This document shows, piece by piece, positions 63,240 to 64,000 of a stretch of 64,000 bases of DNA. The notes beneath the pieces were generated by a model, which saw only the letters and a list, made by a program, of their open reading frames with translations, was not told the DNA's origin and made no database searches. A program made the translations under genes and the position numbers. The DNA is taken from positions 1 to 64,000 of the IMG/VR virus record IMGVR_UViG_2883068021_000001, one strand, 5' to 3'. Each line of letters starts with the position of its first letter. Position 1 is the first letter of the stretch. The DNA comes from a virus. Lineage: Duplodnaviria > Caudoviricetes.

Positions 63240-63684
63240 ATTACAATAAACTTCAGACTAGAAACTCAATCGTAATATTATTAATAAACATATGTTTTAA
63301 GTGCTCATGTCCGACATTTTATATTAAGATACTTTGACGTCAATCAAGCAAGTGTCAATCAAAACGGAACGACGTGAAAGGTAGAATTGATTGACATTTT
63401 ACTTTCGCCATCCATAATGATATGCGGTAGTATTTTCTTCATTATATTGCTTATTATTGAATTTGTTGGTTTGTGTTTGTCATTGCTTTCCAATGATATG
63501 GAAGTACGAACTCATTCAATCAATAGGATTATTCAAATCCTTCACTGAATAGTATTTCAATCGGCCAATGATATACTGCTAATTGGGATGGGTACATTAG
63601 ATCGGTTCTAGGTGAAGGTTGTAATTCATCGCGCCATTATTGGATGTTGGCATAAAAAAAGTTCGAAAAGCGTCCCTCCCAGCC

Positions 63685-63762
63685 CCGCACGATTTAGAAG
63701 AGCCCCCGTTAGGCGCGGGTATTTCTGTTTTTTAGTCTAGTATTTAATTGAATTCCTTTTTG
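63685..63762 (+). repeat. attR-like repeat of element 2
   Basis: 18 bp identical to 52721-52738; imperfect similarity continues for ~60 bp through the terminator. Confidence 0.85.
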
Positions 63763-63992
63763 TTTATCCGCTTGGTATACAGGTGTTTTGTAAGTACAAA
63801 TTGAACATAAATTCCAAAGATGCACCCAACGGTCCAAATCATGCAAAAAATCAATTGTTGATAGTTTTCGTTAATCGAAAAGAGATTAAAGGTGTGGCGT
63901 ATATTCAGTATCAGAAGCACGAAGTGAATACTACAACAGCCGAGCAAATAGTAAAAGTTGGAGTAGTACTTTTTTATTCCCAGGAACAACAA
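63744..63992 (-). CDS. Small membrane protein (possibly partial)
   Basis: 82 aa with two hydrophobic segments, at the window edge. Confidence 0.45.
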   Translation of the reverse strand: MLFLGIKKYYSNFYYLLGCCSIHFVLLILNIRHTFNLFSINENYQQLIFCMIWTVGCIFGIYVQFVLTKHLYTKRINKKEFN

Positions 63993-64000
63993 TATTGTAA

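Larger units (their letters stand above)
52721..63702. mobile_element. Integrative mobilisable element 2 at tRNA-Asp
   Basis: CCGCACGATTTAGAAGAG repeated at 52721 and 63685; contains relaxase, MobC, an excisionase-like HTH and an integrase remnant. Confidence 0.85.

Noticed and set aside
63614-63646. KVVIHRAIIG resembling a ThrRS motif
   Set aside because: Only ~10 codons, with a stop immediately upstream and no start or further similarity.

Overview
This is a mobile-element hotspot in a Bacteroidota genome. A Chitinophagaceae-like host is inferred from TAnnTTTG promoters, Ala-Gln signal-peptide junctions and the protein families present. (1) 1-~36045: most of a long-tailed (siphovirus-type) prophage, on the minus strand except the ends. 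It has lysis, tail, HK97-type head, terminase and an APSE-like replication module (SNF2, VRR-NUC, VirE, PolA, DUF2815, DUF2800), then a cro/repressor switch and envelope morons. It ends at a tRNA 3' fragment; its left end and integrase are not in the window. (2) 36029-49417: a ~13.4 kb AT-rich, CpG-depleted integrative element between 59-bp direct repeats. It encodes a tyrosine integrase, an exonuclease-less family-A-polymerase-fold protein, RloC, a 3TM/peptide/Schlafen operon and a DUF3871 cluster, but no capsid or relaxase. (3) 49.6-52.7 kb: host genes, including gluQ divergent from tRNA-Asp(GTC). (4) 52721-63702: a mobilisable island at tRNA-Asp with an Abi-P2-like reverse transcriptase, oriT/MobC/relaxase, a HEPN-motif protein, a structured RNA leader and an orphan antitoxin. 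A deletion junction there has removed the 5' ends of both its integrase and a neighbouring ATPase. The best candidates for undescribed biology are the PolA-fold integrative element with its bipartite boxes, the 3TM-peptide-Schlafen operon, and the signal-peptide-bearing genes in the virion module. All family assignments are motif recognition by eye; no database search was run.
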